From positions 57,912 through 121,911 of the forward strand of contig CBDFLQ010000007.1 in the NCBI GenBank assembly GCA_965249275.1: 64,000 bases of DNA, given 5' to 3'. The translations under genes and the position numbers were made by a program. Positions 37,637 to 47,732 of the stretch are shown one piece after another (positions within the stretch are counted from its first letter, which is position 1; each line of letters starts with the position of its first letter). Below the pieces are notes generated by a model. That model saw only the letters and a list, made by a program, of their open reading frames with translations. It was not told the DNA's origin and ran no database searches. This DNA is from Dehalococcoidia bacterium (GTDB lineage: Bacteria > Chloroflexota > Dehalococcoidia > Plut-88900).

Positions 37637-40210
37637 TCAGTTGATGGAGAAGACGGACCCCTGCTCGGTCTTGGTGACCTGAATGCGAACAGGGAAGGCC
37701 TCCTTTAGCTCGTCGATGTGGGTAATGACGATTATACGGTCGAAGTCTTCCTGTATCGAGTATATGGTGTCCAGCAGCTTTTCACGCCCCGCCCCGTCCT
37801 GTGTCCCGAACCCCTCGTCGATGAACAAGATGCGCAGCGGCGCTCCGGCCCGCCGAGTCAGCAGTCGGGAAATTGCCACCCGCAATGCAAAGTTGATGCG
37901 GAACGCCTCGCCGCCGCTGAACATTTCGTAGGGCCGAGCCCCGAGCTCGTCTGCAATGTTGATGTCCAGCGTCTCAATTGAGCCGCCGGTGCGCTTCTCA
38001 CGCTGCGTCTCTATCTTGACGTGCATCCGGTTGTCGGTCATGCGGCTGAGAAGCCGGTTTGCCTCATCCTCGATCTCGGGCAGGACGGTCTCGATGATCA
38101 GGGCCTGGACTCCACCCTTGCCAAACGCCCGAGCCAGCTCTTCGTAGCTCCCCTTCTCCCGAGTGGCGCGGTTGAACTGGATCCTCTGGACTTTGGCCCT
38201 ATCCTCCAAGGCTCGGATTGCCTGGAGCCGCTCCCGCAGGCCTGCGAGTCGGTCCCGACGCTCCCTCAGGTTTCGGCCAACCCCTTCCAACAACGACTGC
38301 CCCTCTCTCAACCTCCGGACCAAACCGGGCAACTGTGCGGCCTGCTCTTCGATTCCTTGAAGACTCGTCCGCTCGGCTTCAATACGGGATTGCAGTTCGG
38401 TCCTGCGGGCCTCTGCCAAGCGAAGGTCATCCCGAGCCTCATCGCTGCGGCTCCTAGCCTCCTGCAGCTTCAACCAGGCGAGGTCCGAGCCTTGAAGAGA
38501 CCGGACCTGCTCGGAAACTTGCTGGTGGGCATCGGGATCGTACGCCAGGGCCCCGAGCCGGCGATTCAACTCAGAGAGCTCATCGCGCACTCCCTGATTG
38601 AACGTGTCTTCTTCAAGGAGCGCCGAGACCGCAGATCGCTCTGCCTGTAGGGGCACTAGCTGACCCGCTGCCTCCTTCCCCTCCCTGACGTCCCTTTCCA
38701 GGACCACAACCCGAGCCTGCAGGTCCCTCCGCTCCCTCTCCGCCTCGGCTTGCGCTCTCTGTGTGCCCGTCTTCGACTTGTCCCGCTCAGCAGTCATCTC
38801 CGTGATCCGACGACGGTTTTCATCGTACTTGCGGCGTCGTTGCTCACCCTCGGAATTCAGCGCCGAGCGAACGTGCTCGATTCCCGCCTCCGCCAGCGAT
38901 GTCCCACACGTCGGGCATTGAGAGACCCCTTCTGTGAGAAGGTCCACCTTCTTGCGCAGCTCCTTCATCTCTTCGACCAGGTTGCGATTGTCGGATTCCA
39001 GGCTGCGTATGGCCACGGACATCTCTTCCTCGCGGCGGGACTCCTCGTTCAGTTCGAGGAAGCGTTCGTCCAGGGCCGCGAGCCTCTCGGCGCTCTGGGT
39101 CAGCCTCTCCTCCGAGACCTCTATCCTCGACTGCTTCTCTTCCAAGGCCCGACACTCGGCCTTGAGCCGTTCCAGCTTGGCATTGAGTTGGACACGCTCG
39201 GCATCCAATTGCCGTTCCAACTTATTCCGCTGGTCGGTGAGCCGGCTGTGCTCCCTCAATCCGTCAGCGAATTCCTTTTCCGCCTCGACTGCGTGTCGAA
39301 AGCGGGCATACCGGTCTTCCAGCGCGTCGGCGTCCTGGAGTAGGCGGTCGTAGTCAGACAGCCGAGACCTGTGCCGGTCCACGTCCCCACGGGTGCGAGA
39401 CAAGTCCTCTTCCAGCCCGCGCAGCCGACCCCTTAGTGAGTCCAGTTCCGAAACACTGGACTCGATGCGGATCTTCCGGGCCGTCAACCCCTGTACAGCT
39501 TCTCGCCGCCTGCTTTCCTCAGTTTCCAGTCCTCCCACTTCTTCCAAAAGCCGGCTGACGTCGGCCTCCAAATCCGGCCTTTTCTCAGATTCCCTTTCGA
39601 TTTCGGTCAAAGAGTGCTCAAGCTGCGCCGACTCCCTCTCCCTGCTCCGCGCCTTCTGCCGCGATAACTCTTCGAGGATGTCGTAGTAGGAAAGGTCCAG
39701 TATGTCGGCGAGGACTTCTTTGCGCTCCTTGGGCGTTCGTAGGGTGAATTCGTCCGCCCGGCCCTGGCGAAGAAAGGCGCTGTTGACGAAGGTCTCGTAT
39801 TCAAGGCGCAGGAGTTGGTTGATCTGGGCCTGGGTATCGGCGATGGTGTTCCCGGTGATGGGCCTGAACTGTCCCCCACCCCCCGACCCCGCAACCTGAA
39901 GCTCCAGCACGCTCGCCCCCGACCCGCGGCCTCTGGCCCTTTTCCGTTTCCTTATCACCCGGTACACGTCCTCCCCGTTGGAGAATTCCAGCTCCACCTC
40001 CATGTCCGATTCACCGATGTGAATAAGGTCGTCGACTCCCCTTCCCCTCGCCTTTCCCCACAATGCCCAGGTCATCGCATCCAACAGCGCCGATTTACCG
40101 TGTCCGTTGTCGCCGCAGATACAGGCTACGTGGATCCCTGTCAGATCCAGCGGGTCCGGGACGTCCCGGTAGCACATGAAGTTCTTGAGGCGCAGCCTGA
40201 GAGGAATCAC
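37637..40210 (-). CDS. sbcC: SbcC/Rad50-family SMC-like ATPase with zinc hook
   Basis: 857 aa. The N-terminus is LRLKNFMCYRD...GDNGHGKSALLDAM. Long coiled-coils flank a central CPTCG hook. The C-terminus has FSGGEAFRINFALR and ILFIDEGFGTQD. The GTG start is preceded by GGGAG. Confidence 0.85.
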   Translation of the reverse strand: MIPLRLRLKNFMCYRDVPDPLDLTGIHVACICGDNGHGKSALLDAMTWALWGKARGRGVDDLIHIGESDMEVELEFSNGEDVYRVIRKRKRARGRGSGASVLELQVAGSGGGGQFRPITGNTIADTQAQINQLLRLEYETFVNSAFLRQGRADEFTLRTPKERKEVLADILDLSYYDILEELSRQKARSRERESAQLEHSLTEIERESEKRPDLEADVSRLLEEVGGLETEESRRREAVQGLTARKIRIESSVSELDSLRGRLRGLEEDLSRTRGDVDRHRSRLSDYDRLLQDADALEDRYARFRHAVEAEKEFADGLREHSRLTDQRNKLERQLDAERVQLNAKLERLKAECRALEEKQSRIEVSEERLTQSAERLAALDERFLELNEESRREEEMSVAIRSLESDNRNLVEEMKELRKKVDLLTEGVSQCPTCGTSLAEAGIEHVRSALNSEGEQRRRKYDENRRRITEMTAERDKSKTGTQRAQAEAERERRDLQARVVVLERDVREGKEAAGQLVPLQAERSAVSALLEEDTFNQGVRDELSELNRRLGALAYDPDAHQQVSEQVRSLQGSDLAWLKLQEARSRSDEARDDLRLAEARRTELQSRIEAERTSLQGIEEQAAQLPGLVRRLREGQSLLEGVGRNLRERRDRLAGLRERLQAIRALEDRAKVQRIQFNRATREKGSYEELARAFGKGGVQALIIETVLPEIEDEANRLLSRMTDNRMHVKIETQREKRTGGSIETLDINIADELGARPYEMFSGGEAFRINFALRVAISRLLTRRAGAPLRILFIDEGFGTQDGAGREKLLDTIYSIQEDFDRIIVITHIDELKEAFPVRIQVTKTEQGSVFSIN

Positions 40211-40256
40211 TTCGCGGCTCCCGAGACTTTCATCGGAAACGTGGAAGCGGAATACA

Positions 40257-40940
40257 TCAGTTGGGCTTGACGATGATCTTGCTGGCCGTATCCGTGCTTA
40301 TCACGATCTCGTGGTGGTCTACTTCCAGCGTGATCGTGCCCTTGAAGCCGGCCACGTCCAGCACTCTCATCGTCCATGAAGGGGACACGTTGTGCTCGTC
40401 CAGGTACTGAAGGAGCTCGGCGTCCTCTTCCGGAACGCGTTTGACGGTGACGTGGGTGCCTTTGGGAATCTCGCTCAGGGACTTGAGGTGGGACCGGATG
40501 TGCCGTGCCCTGGCATATCCCTCGCTTCCCGGTATCGGATACCCGTGAGGGCAAGTGGTCGGGTTGTTCAGCAGCTTTACTAGCCTATCGCCAACTTCCT
40601 GCGAAATGCCGTGCTCCAGCCGGTGGGCCTCCGAGTAGGCCTTATGCCAGGCCAGGTCCAGCACGTCGGTCAAGAAGCGCTCCGCCAGACGATGCCTGCG
40701 TATGACCTCCTCAGCAATCTTGTTGCCGGCCACCGTGAGCGCTATCTCCTTCTTCCGAGAGACCTTGATGTGGCCATCTCGGGCCATTCTGCGCACCGTC
40801 CCGAATGCCGTGGCAGGAGACACGCCCAGAGTCTCTGCAAGCCGAGCCGAGATAACGGGCTTACCTTCCTCCACGAATCGGAAGATCGTCGTCAGGAAAT
40901 CATCCGTCGCCACCGAGGTCGGTTTTGCTATTCCCGGCAT
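40257..40940 (-). CDS. DtxR/MntR-family metal-dependent transcriptional repressor with C-terminal FeoA/SH3-like domain
   Basis: 227 aa, reading ...ARLAETLGVSPATAFGTVRRMARDGH...RRHRLAERFL...EAHRLEH...CPHG.PIP. Confidence 0.88.
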   Translation of the reverse strand: MPGIAKPTSVATDDFLTTIFRFVEEGKPVISARLAETLGVSPATAFGTVRRMARDGHIKVSRKKEIALTVAGNKIAEEVIRRHRLAERFLTDVLDLAWHKAYSEAHRLEHGISQEVGDRLVKLLNNPTTCPHGYPIPGSEGYARARHIRSHLKSLSEIPKGTHVTVKRVPEEDAELLQYLDEHNVSPSWTMRVLDVAGFKGTITLEVDHHEIVISTDTASKIIVKPN

Positions 40941-41034
40941 TGCAAAGCCTTATTTGTGCATTGGTTCTCAAGCGTATTCATTATTTGCCACATGCAATCG
41001 CGTAAATTCGCACGAAAATTGCGTGAAAAAGGTA

Positions 41035-41065
41035 TTGACAGGTCTTATTTGTTAGCCTAGCCTAA
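41035..41065 (+). promoter_or_regulatory. Promoter (TTGACA-N17-TAGCCT) overlapped by a DtxR/IdeR-type operator
   Basis: ATTTGTTAGCCTAGCCTAA (41047-41065) matches 15/19 positions of the iron-box consensus TTAGGTTAGCCTAACCTAA. It covers the -10 element upstream of the iron ABC operon and lies in the divergent region next to dtxR. Confidence 0.6.
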
Positions 41066-41137
41066 CTCCCAAGTTTCTCTTTATGAAGTTACCCTCATGG
41101 TGAAACGCAAATCAAATGAATTATAGCACGAGCCCTT

Positions 41138-42268
41138 TTGACGAACCGAAGTAAAGAAGGGACGGCAAACCGAGTGAATCCTTTAGGGTCCAAAAAATCA
41201 ATCGTTCCCCTGACCGCCTTGGCTCTGGTTTTGGTGTTTCTGTCGACACTAGCTTTGGCATGTGGCGCCGAACCCACTCCTACGCAGGCATCTCAGCCAA
41301 ACCCCACGCAACCCCCCACAATAGACGAAGGTCAAGATGACCCCGGAGAACTCGTCATTTACTCCGGTCGAGAAGAAGACCTCATAGGCCCGATCGTCGA
41401 ACAGTTCGCCACGGCCACCGGAATTGATGTCAAGGTCAACTACGGCTCTAACGCTGCCCTTGTGGCGACCATCCACGAAGAGGGCCAGAACAGCCCCGCC
41501 GACATCTACTACGGCTCCGACCCCGGCTCCTTGGGCGCTTTGGAGTCGAGACTCCAGGACCTGCCGGACTCGATACTGTCCAAGGTAGACCCGAAGCTTG
41601 CATCCCGGCAAGGCAAGTGGGTCGGAATTTCCGGGCGGGCTCGGACCGTTGTATACAACACCGAGACCCTTGCTGAGGCCGACCTGCCCCCCTCAATTCT
41701 TGACTACACCGATCCTAAGTGGAAGGGTCGCATCGGCTGGGCCCCTACAAACGGCTCCTTTCAGGCCTTCGTGACTGCCCTGCGATTGACGGAGGGAGAG
41801 GACGCGGCCAGGGCGTGGCTGGAGGGCATCCAGGCCAACGAGCCCAGGGTCTATCCCAAGAACACTCCCATAGTCCAGGCGGCCGCCGATGGTGAGATCG
41901 ATGTCGGCTTTGTGAACCACTACTACCTGTTCAGGTTCCTCGCCGAGGAGGGTGAAGGGTTCAAGGCGAGAAACCACTTCCCCACGGGAGGCGACGTCGG
42001 GTCCACGATCCTGGTGTCGGGCGCAGGGATAGTTGACTCTTCCGACAATAAAGAAAATGCGGAAAGGTTCATCGAATTCCTGCTCTCGACCGTCAGCCAG
42101 CAATACTTTGCAAGCCAGACCTTTGAATACCCGGTAATAGAGGGAGTCACGCTCCATCCGGAGCTGCTCCCTCTGTCCGAGATCGATGTCCCAGACGTAG
42201 ACCTGGGCTCCTTGCAGGATTTGGAGGGGACACTGAAACTGTTACGGGACACGGGGATAGTCCCATAG
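41138..42268 (+). CDS. Iron(III) ABC transporter substrate-binding lipoprotein (FbpA/AfuA-like)
   Basis: 376 aa with lipobox ...TLALAC and extracellular solute-binding family-1 features. The start codon is uncertain (TTG 41138 or GTG 41173). Confidence 0.8.
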   Translation: MTNRSKEGTANRVNPLGSKKSIVPLTALALVLVFLSTLALACGAEPTPTQASQPNPTQPPTIDEGQDDPGELVIYSGREEDLIGPIVEQFATATGIDVKVNYGSNAALVATIHEEGQNSPADIYYGSDPGSLGALESRLQDLPDSILSKVDPKLASRQGKWVGISGRARTVVYNTETLAEADLPPSILDYTDPKWKGRIGWAPTNGSFQAFVTALRLTEGEDAARAWLEGIQANEPRVYPKNTPIVQAAADGEIDVGFVNHYYLFRFLAEEGEGFKARNHFPTGGDVGSTILVSGAGIVDSSDNKENAERFIEFLLSTVSQQYFASQTFEYPVIEGVTLHPELLPLSEIDVPDVDLGSLQDLEGTLKLLRDTGIVP

Positions 42269-42296
42269 TCTTCCCACTGGGTTATCAAATCAGGCC

Positions 42297-43961
42297 GTGA
42301 GGGTAACGCGGGCAGCCAACGGCGCAGCGTTCCTCCGAGGTCCCATAGCCGGGGCCCTAAGGCAAATCATGCCTGGGGCCCCGGCCTTCATCTGGGTCCC
42401 TGCCCTCCTGATTGCCGCCGCTCTCGCCCTGCCATTGGTCTACCTCATTCTGCGGGCCCTTGGCACGGAGAATGGCATATGGGAAGTGCTGGTCAGATGG
42501 CGCACCCTGCAAATCTTGGGACGCTCCGCGTTGCTGGCCGCATCGGTTACCGGGTTGTGCATTGCGTTGTCCGTGCCCCTGGCGTGGCTCACCGTCAGGA
42601 CCGACCTCCCACTGAAGCGGTTCTGGTCGGTTGTTACGGCTCTTCCCTTGGTCATCCCCAGCTATCTGGGGGCCTTCGCCCTCATAGCGGCCCTCTCGCC
42701 GCGTGGAATGTTCCAGCAGCTTCTCGGTGGTGTCTTTGGCATTGAACGGCTCCCCGATATCCATGGGTTTTGGGGCGCGACCCTGACCCTGACAGCGCTC
42801 AGCTTTCCTTACGTCCTGCTCCCCGTGCGGGCAGCAATGCGAAACCTGGGCCCGGGGGTCGAGGAGTCAGCCCGGGTGCTGGGTCACGGGCCCTGGTCGG
42901 TCTTCTACCGCATCACCCTGATGCAGCTCCGCCCTGCCATTGTCGCCGGTGCGCTCCTCGTATCCCTCTACACCCTGAGCGATTTCGGGGCCGTTTCCCT
43001 CCTCCAATACGAGACCTTCACCTGGGCCATATATCTCCAGTTCAACTCCGCTTTCGACCGTGGCATAGCCGCAAGCCTTTCTCTGGTCCTTGTTGGTACG
43101 GCTCTGGCGATACTGCTTTTCGACTCGTATACCAGGGGCCTCGCCCGGTACTCAAGCAAGGGTGTGGGTGGCAAGAAACGCACCCCAATGGTGAGCCTTG
43201 GCAGGTGGAAGTGGGTCGGTGTAGGGTTCTGCTCTCTCGTCGGGCTTGTGAGCATTGGCATGCCCCTCTCGGTCCTATCCTACTGGCTGGTCAGAGGCCT
43301 GGCTGCCGGCGAACAGATCAGTTCTTTCTGGGGCGCCGCCGCAAACTCCGTTTATGTATCGTTGCTGGCCGCTGCCGTGTGCGTGCTCGCCGCGGTACCC
43401 GTTGCCATGCTCAGCGTCCGATACCCGAGCCGCTTCTCCTCCATGGTCGAACGATTCAGCTATCTGGGATTCGCGTTGCCAGGGGTCGTGGTCGCCTTGG
43501 CCCTCGTCTACTTCGGCGCTAACTACGCTCTGCCTCTCTATCAGACCCTCGCCATGCTCATATTCGCCTACGCCATCCTCTTTCTGCCCCCAGCCGTGGG
43601 AGCGATAAGGGCCCAGCTGCTTCAGATAGACCCGAGAATCGAGGAGGCAGCCCGGGGCCTCGGCCTTTCCCCCCCGAGGGTCTTCCTGTCGGTAACTCTC
43701 CCCCTCATCAGGAGTGGGGTCCTGGCGGGGGGCGCACTGGTGTTCTTGATCACCATGAAGGAACTTCCGGCGACCCTCCTGCTCGGCCCTATCGGCTTCA
43801 AAACTCTGGCTACCAGCGTCTGGGGCGCCTCCGAGGCTGCCTTCTTCGCCAAGGCTGCTCTTCCCGCTCTGCTGCTGGTGCTCCTTTCCTCCGTGCCGAT
43901 GGCCCTGCTGGTCCTCGCGGACAAAGGCCGAGACCAGACCCTTCAACGGGCCAAGAGGTGA
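42297..43961 (+). CDS. Iron ABC transporter permease (duplicated two-module FbpB-like)
   Basis: 554 aa with about 12 TM helices and two EAA-like loops (EESARVLG / EEAARGLG). Confidence 0.85.
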   Translation: MRVTRAANGAAFLRGPIAGALRQIMPGAPAFIWVPALLIAAALALPLVYLILRALGTENGIWEVLVRWRTLQILGRSALLAASVTGLCIALSVPLAWLTVRTDLPLKRFWSVVTALPLVIPSYLGAFALIAALSPRGMFQQLLGGVFGIERLPDIHGFWGATLTLTALSFPYVLLPVRAAMRNLGPGVEESARVLGHGPWSVFYRITLMQLRPAIVAGALLVSLYTLSDFGAVSLLQYETFTWAIYLQFNSAFDRGIAASLSLVLVGTALAILLFDSYTRGLARYSSKGVGGKKRTPMVSLGRWKWVGVGFCSLVGLVSIGMPLSVLSYWLVRGLAAGEQISSFWGAAANSVYVSLLAAAVCVLAAVPVAMLSVRYPSRFSSMVERFSYLGFALPGVVVALALVYFGANYALPLYQTLAMLIFAYAILFLPPAVGAIRAQLLQIDPRIEEAARGLGLSPPRVFLSVTLPLIRSGVLAGGALVFLITMKELPATLLLGPIGFKTLATSVWGASEAAFFAKAALPALLLVLLSSVPMALLVLADKGRDQTLQRAKR

Positions 43962-44037
43962 CTTGGGCGGGCAAGTTGATATGGAATGGTCGGCGTGAGA
44001 CACTGAGGACGCTCAAAGCGAAAGGACGCTGCCGCCC

Positions 44038-45156
44038 TTGCCTGCCAACTCTAATACGGCGCACTCAGTCGTAGAGCTAAGAAACACCTCGAAGACCTAC
44101 CCGGGTACCACCTTCCCAGCGGTTAGCGAACTTTCTTTCTGTTTGGCCGAGGGCGAGATCTTGTCGATCCTCGGGCCCAGCGGTTGCGGTAAGAGCACCA
44201 CTCTCCGGCTGATAGCCGGGTTCGAAGCGCCGGACTCCGGTGAAGTTTTCTTACGCGACAGCCGTGCATCCGGACAGGGCTGCCACGTTCCCCCCGAGAA
44301 ACGAGGCGTGGCGATGGTCTTCCAGGACTACGCCCTGTTTCCTCACCTGTCTGTCGCCAAGAACATTGGCTTCGGCCTCAGGAACATGAAATCCAAAGAG
44401 CGGGCACAGCGGGTGAAGGAAGTCCTGGACATTATAGAATTGTCCTGGTTGGCCGACAGGTACCCGCACCAGATATCGGGCGGGCAGCAGCAGAGAGTCG
44501 CGTTGGGTCGGGCCCTGGCCCCCCGGCCCGTGGTGATCCTCCTTGACGAGCCCTTCAGTAATCTGGACAACGCCATGCGAGGCCAGATGAGGCGGGAGGT
44601 GCAAGCTATTCTTCGGCGGGAAAGGGCCACGGCCATCCTCGTTACCCATGACCAGCAGGAGGCGCTATCCTTCGCTGACAGAGTGGCAGTGATGCACCGG
44701 GGGAAGCTGGAGCAGATGGGGACGCCGGAGGAGATATTTCACAAGCCCGCCACCTCCTTTGTCGCAACCTTTGTCGGGCACGCCAGCTTCATCTCCGGCC
44801 GGGTGGACGGTGAAGAGATAGACACGGAGATCGGCAGTTTGGCGTATGACGGCGACCATCTGCTCACCGAGGTCATCGTCATGATCAGACCCGATGACGT
44901 CAAACTCCTCCCCGACGCCGCAGGCCAGGGGACCATAATGTCCAGGGAGTTTCACGGCTCCCGAAACTTCTATTTCGTGGAGCTCGACTCCGGGACGACG
45001 ATTCGGAGCAGACAGCCGTCTGGGACAATATACCCTCCCGGCATGAAGGTCAGGGTCTCTCCGAAAAAGTCGGCGGAAGTCGTGGTATTCCCCCAAACCC
45101 AGCAGGGCCTGATTCCTAGAGACCTTCCTATATCAGACCTCGACTTGAACCCCTGA
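44038..45156 (+). CDS. ABC transporter ATP-binding protein (FbpC-like)
   Basis: 372 aa. Walker A is GPSGCGKST, the signature is ISGGQQQRVAL, and Walker B is VILLDEPFS. It has a C-terminal TOBE-like domain. Confidence 0.88.
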   Translation: MPANSNTAHSVVELRNTSKTYPGTTFPAVSELSFCLAEGEILSILGPSGCGKSTTLRLIAGFEAPDSGEVFLRDSRASGQGCHVPPEKRGVAMVFQDYALFPHLSVAKNIGFGLRNMKSKERAQRVKEVLDIIELSWLADRYPHQISGGQQQRVALGRALAPRPVVILLDEPFSNLDNAMRGQMRREVQAILRRERATAILVTHDQQEALSFADRVAVMHRGKLEQMGTPEEIFHKPATSFVATFVGHASFISGRVDGEEIDTEIGSLAYDGDHLLTEVIVMIRPDDVKLLPDAAGQGTIMSREFHGSRNFYFVELDSGTTIRSRQPSGTIYPPGMKVRVSPKKSAEVVVFPQTQQGLIPRDLPISDLDLNP

Positions 45157-45182
45157 CTCCTAGATCCATAACCACTCAAAAC

Positions 45183-45863
45183 ATGCCCGAAAGCGAGTCG
45201 ACTATCGCAATTGACGGCCCCGGCGCGGTGGGCAAGACTACCGTCGGTAGAATGCTTTCAGAGCGCATCGGATTCCTTTTTATTGATACGGGAGTAATGT
45301 ACCGGGCAGTAACCGCCGTGGCGATTCACAGGAACGTTGACACGGATGACGAGGACGCCGTCACCTGTCTCGCAAGGTCGGTCGACATCCGCATCACCGG
45401 AGGCCCGGGGCCAGGTTCCCAGAGGGTGATGGTGGACGGCAGTGACGTAACGGGTAGCATCCGCTCCCAGGCCGTCGACAAGCGCGTCTCTGCCGTTTCC
45501 AGCTACTCCGGTGTTCGAGAGGCTATGGTCGACCAGCAGCGTGCCTTGGCGTCTCGAGAGGGAGTAGTGATGGTGGGCCGGGACATCGGCACCGTCGTCC
45601 TGCCCGATGCAAAGCTCAAGATTTACCTGACCGCAACTGCAGAGGCTCGAGCCAGGCGGCGTTACGCTGAGTTGGGGGATGCAGGTTCTGACGTGAGCTT
45701 CGAATCCGTTCTCCAGGCCCTAGAACGCCGAGACAAGACCGACTCCGAAAGGGCCCATTCGCCCCTGAAACCCGCGCTCGACTCCATAATCGTCGACACT
45801 TCCCATCTCACTGCCGACCAGGTCGTCGACCGCATCATGGAGCTCTGGCGCACCGTGAACTGA
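45183..45863 (+). CDS. cmk: Cytidylate kinase
   Basis: 226 aa, reading IAIDGPGAVGKTTVGRMLSERIGFLFIDTGVMYRAVT. Confidence 0.92.
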   Translation: MPESESTIAIDGPGAVGKTTVGRMLSERIGFLFIDTGVMYRAVTAVAIHRNVDTDDEDAVTCLARSVDIRITGGPGPGSQRVMVDGSDVTGSIRSQAVDKRVSAVSSYSGVREAMVDQQRALASREGVVMVGRDIGTVVLPDAKLKIYLTATAEARARRRYAELGDAGSDVSFESVLQALERRDKTDSERAHSPLKPALDSIIVDTSHLTADQVVDRIMELWRTVN

Positions 45864-45875
45864 TACTACTCGCCT

Positions 45876-47720
45876 ATGTGTGGAATCGTAGGATACGTGG
45901 GCAATCGCCCCGCTGGGCCGATACTGTTCGATGCCCTCAGCCGCCTTGAATACCGAGGCTACGACAGCGCGGGAATCGCCGTAATCGACGGTACGGGCAA
46001 GGCCGTGGTCGAGAAACAGGCCGGCAAGCTGGGAGCTTTGGTAGCGAGCGTCGGAACTCGGGTCCCGGAGGGATGTACGGGCATTGGGCACACCCGCTGG
46101 GCCACCCACGGCAAACCCACGACCCCAAATGCCCATCCCCACTCCGACTGTACCGGTAAATTCCTGGTCGTACACAATGGCATCATCGAAAACTATCGCA
46201 TACTCAAAAAAGCGCTAATCGGGGCTGGGCACAAGTTCACCTCGGAGACGGACTCGGAGGTGATAGCTCACCTGGTTGAGGAGAATAGGAGCGCGGGCAT
46301 CGGGCTAGTGGAGGCCGTAAGGAAGAGCCTCGACCTCCTGGAAGGCGCATTCTCGGTGGCTGTAACGGCCGCCGACGAGCCCGGCAAGATAATAGCGGCG
46401 CGGGTTGGCAACGGCGGTGGAATAGTGGTCGGGTATGGAGAAGGTGAGATGTTTCTCGCCAGCGACCTTCCTGCCATCTCTCCATATATCCGAAACGCGA
46501 TCTATCTAAAGAACGGCGAATTGGCTCTCGTCGAACCCTGCGGCTCCCGCTACTTTGATGAAAGCGGCACTCAATTGGCACGGACCCCCACCCCCGTCTC
46601 CCACGGTGACGTAGCCTTTGCCAAGGGCGGCTACAAGCACTTCATGCTCAAGGAGATAATGGAGCAACCGGAGTCGCTAACCAACCTTCTCCGGGGACGC
46701 ATCAGCTTCGACCCCGCAGGCATCCTTCTCCCCGAGCTCTCTGATGCCGCCGGCATGCTTGCGAAAACCGAACGGGTAATCATCGTAGGCATGGGTACAA
46801 GCTTGCACGCCGCCGCCGTGGGAGCGCGAATGTTTGAGGCGCTCGCCCGGGTCCCCGCCGAGGCGGAGAACGCCTCCGAGTTCCGCTATCGGGACCCGGT
46901 GATCAGCTCTACGACACTCGTAATATCCGTCTCGCAGTCCGGCGAAACCGTGGACACCCTCGCGGCGATGGAGGAGGCCAAGTCCCGTGGCGCGGGCCTT
47001 ATCGCCGTTACGAACAACGAACTCAGCCAGGCCACCGTCCTCGCCGACGCAACGCTCGACATAAGAGCAGGTGCGGAGATTGGAGTTGCCAGCACCAAGT
47101 GTCTAACCAATTCCATATTGGCCCTTTATCTGGTAGCCTCTTATATGGGACGGGCGCGGGGCCTGCTTTCTGGCGGACAGGTCACCCAAATGGTAGATGA
47201 TCTGGCCAGGCTCCCGAGCCTCATAAGCCGAGCCCTGGAGACTGACAACGCGGCCCGGGAAATAGCCCGGCGGCTATACCGGACCAACAATTACCTCTAC
47301 TTGGGGAGGGGAATCAGTTATCCCGTAGCCATGGAAGGTGCGCTTAAGCTGAAAGAGATCAGCTACTGCCACGCCGAGGGTTACCAGGCCGGGGAGATGA
47401 AACACGGGCCCATAGCCCTCATTGACGAGGACATGCCCGTCGTAGCTCTGGCCTTGCAAGACTGCCTATACCCGAAGATGCTCGGCAACATCGAAGAAGT
47501 GAAGGCGCGCGACGGTAAGGTCATTGCAATCGCGACCGAAGGTGACGAGGACATCGCGGCGAGGGTCGACCACGTCATATATGTCCCCCCAACCCCCGAG
47601 CTTCTTTCACCCCTCGTATCCGTGATTCCCCTGCAGCTGTTTGCCTATCATGTCGCCGTGACCCGGGGCTGTGACGTTGACCAGCCCAGAAATCTCGCAA
47701 AATCCGTGACCGTTGAATAA
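45876..47720 (+). CDS. glmS: Glutamine--fructose-6-phosphate aminotransferase
   Basis: 614 aa. It has an MCGIVGYVG N-terminal nucleophile, two SIS domains and a C-terminal ...RNLAKSVTVE. Confidence 0.95.
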   Translation: MCGIVGYVGNRPAGPILFDALSRLEYRGYDSAGIAVIDGTGKAVVEKQAGKLGALVASVGTRVPEGCTGIGHTRWATHGKPTTPNAHPHSDCTGKFLVVHNGIIENYRILKKALIGAGHKFTSETDSEVIAHLVEENRSAGIGLVEAVRKSLDLLEGAFSVAVTAADEPGKIIAARVGNGGGIVVGYGEGEMFLASDLPAISPYIRNAIYLKNGELALVEPCGSRYFDESGTQLARTPTPVSHGDVAFAKGGYKHFMLKEIMEQPESLTNLLRGRISFDPAGILLPELSDAAGMLAKTERVIIVGMGTSLHAAAVGARMFEALARVPAEAENASEFRYRDPVISSTTLVISVSQSGETVDTLAAMEEAKSRGAGLIAVTNNELSQATVLADATLDIRAGAEIGVASTKCLTNSILALYLVASYMGRARGLLSGGQVTQMVDDLARLPSLISRALETDNAAREIARRLYRTNNYLYLGRGISYPVAMEGALKLKEISYCHAEGYQAGEMKHGPIALIDEDMPVVALALQDCLYPKMLGNIEEVKARDGKVIAIATEGDEDIAARVDHVIYVPPTPELLSPLVSVIPLQLFAYHVAVTRGCDVDQPRNLAKSVTVE

Positions 47721-47732
47721 GGAGAACGTTTG

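Noticed and set aside
40941-41034. AT-richer stretch with short GCAAT/ATTGC repeats upstream of dtxR, considered as a second metal-regulator operator.
   Set aside because: Only 5-bp arms pair, and there is no match to the iron-box consensus, so the evidence is insufficient.
45864-45875. Possibility of a glmS ribozyme/riboswitch upstream of glmS.
   Set aside because: Only 12 nt separate the cmk stop from the glmS start, which leaves no room for the roughly 170-nt ribozyme.
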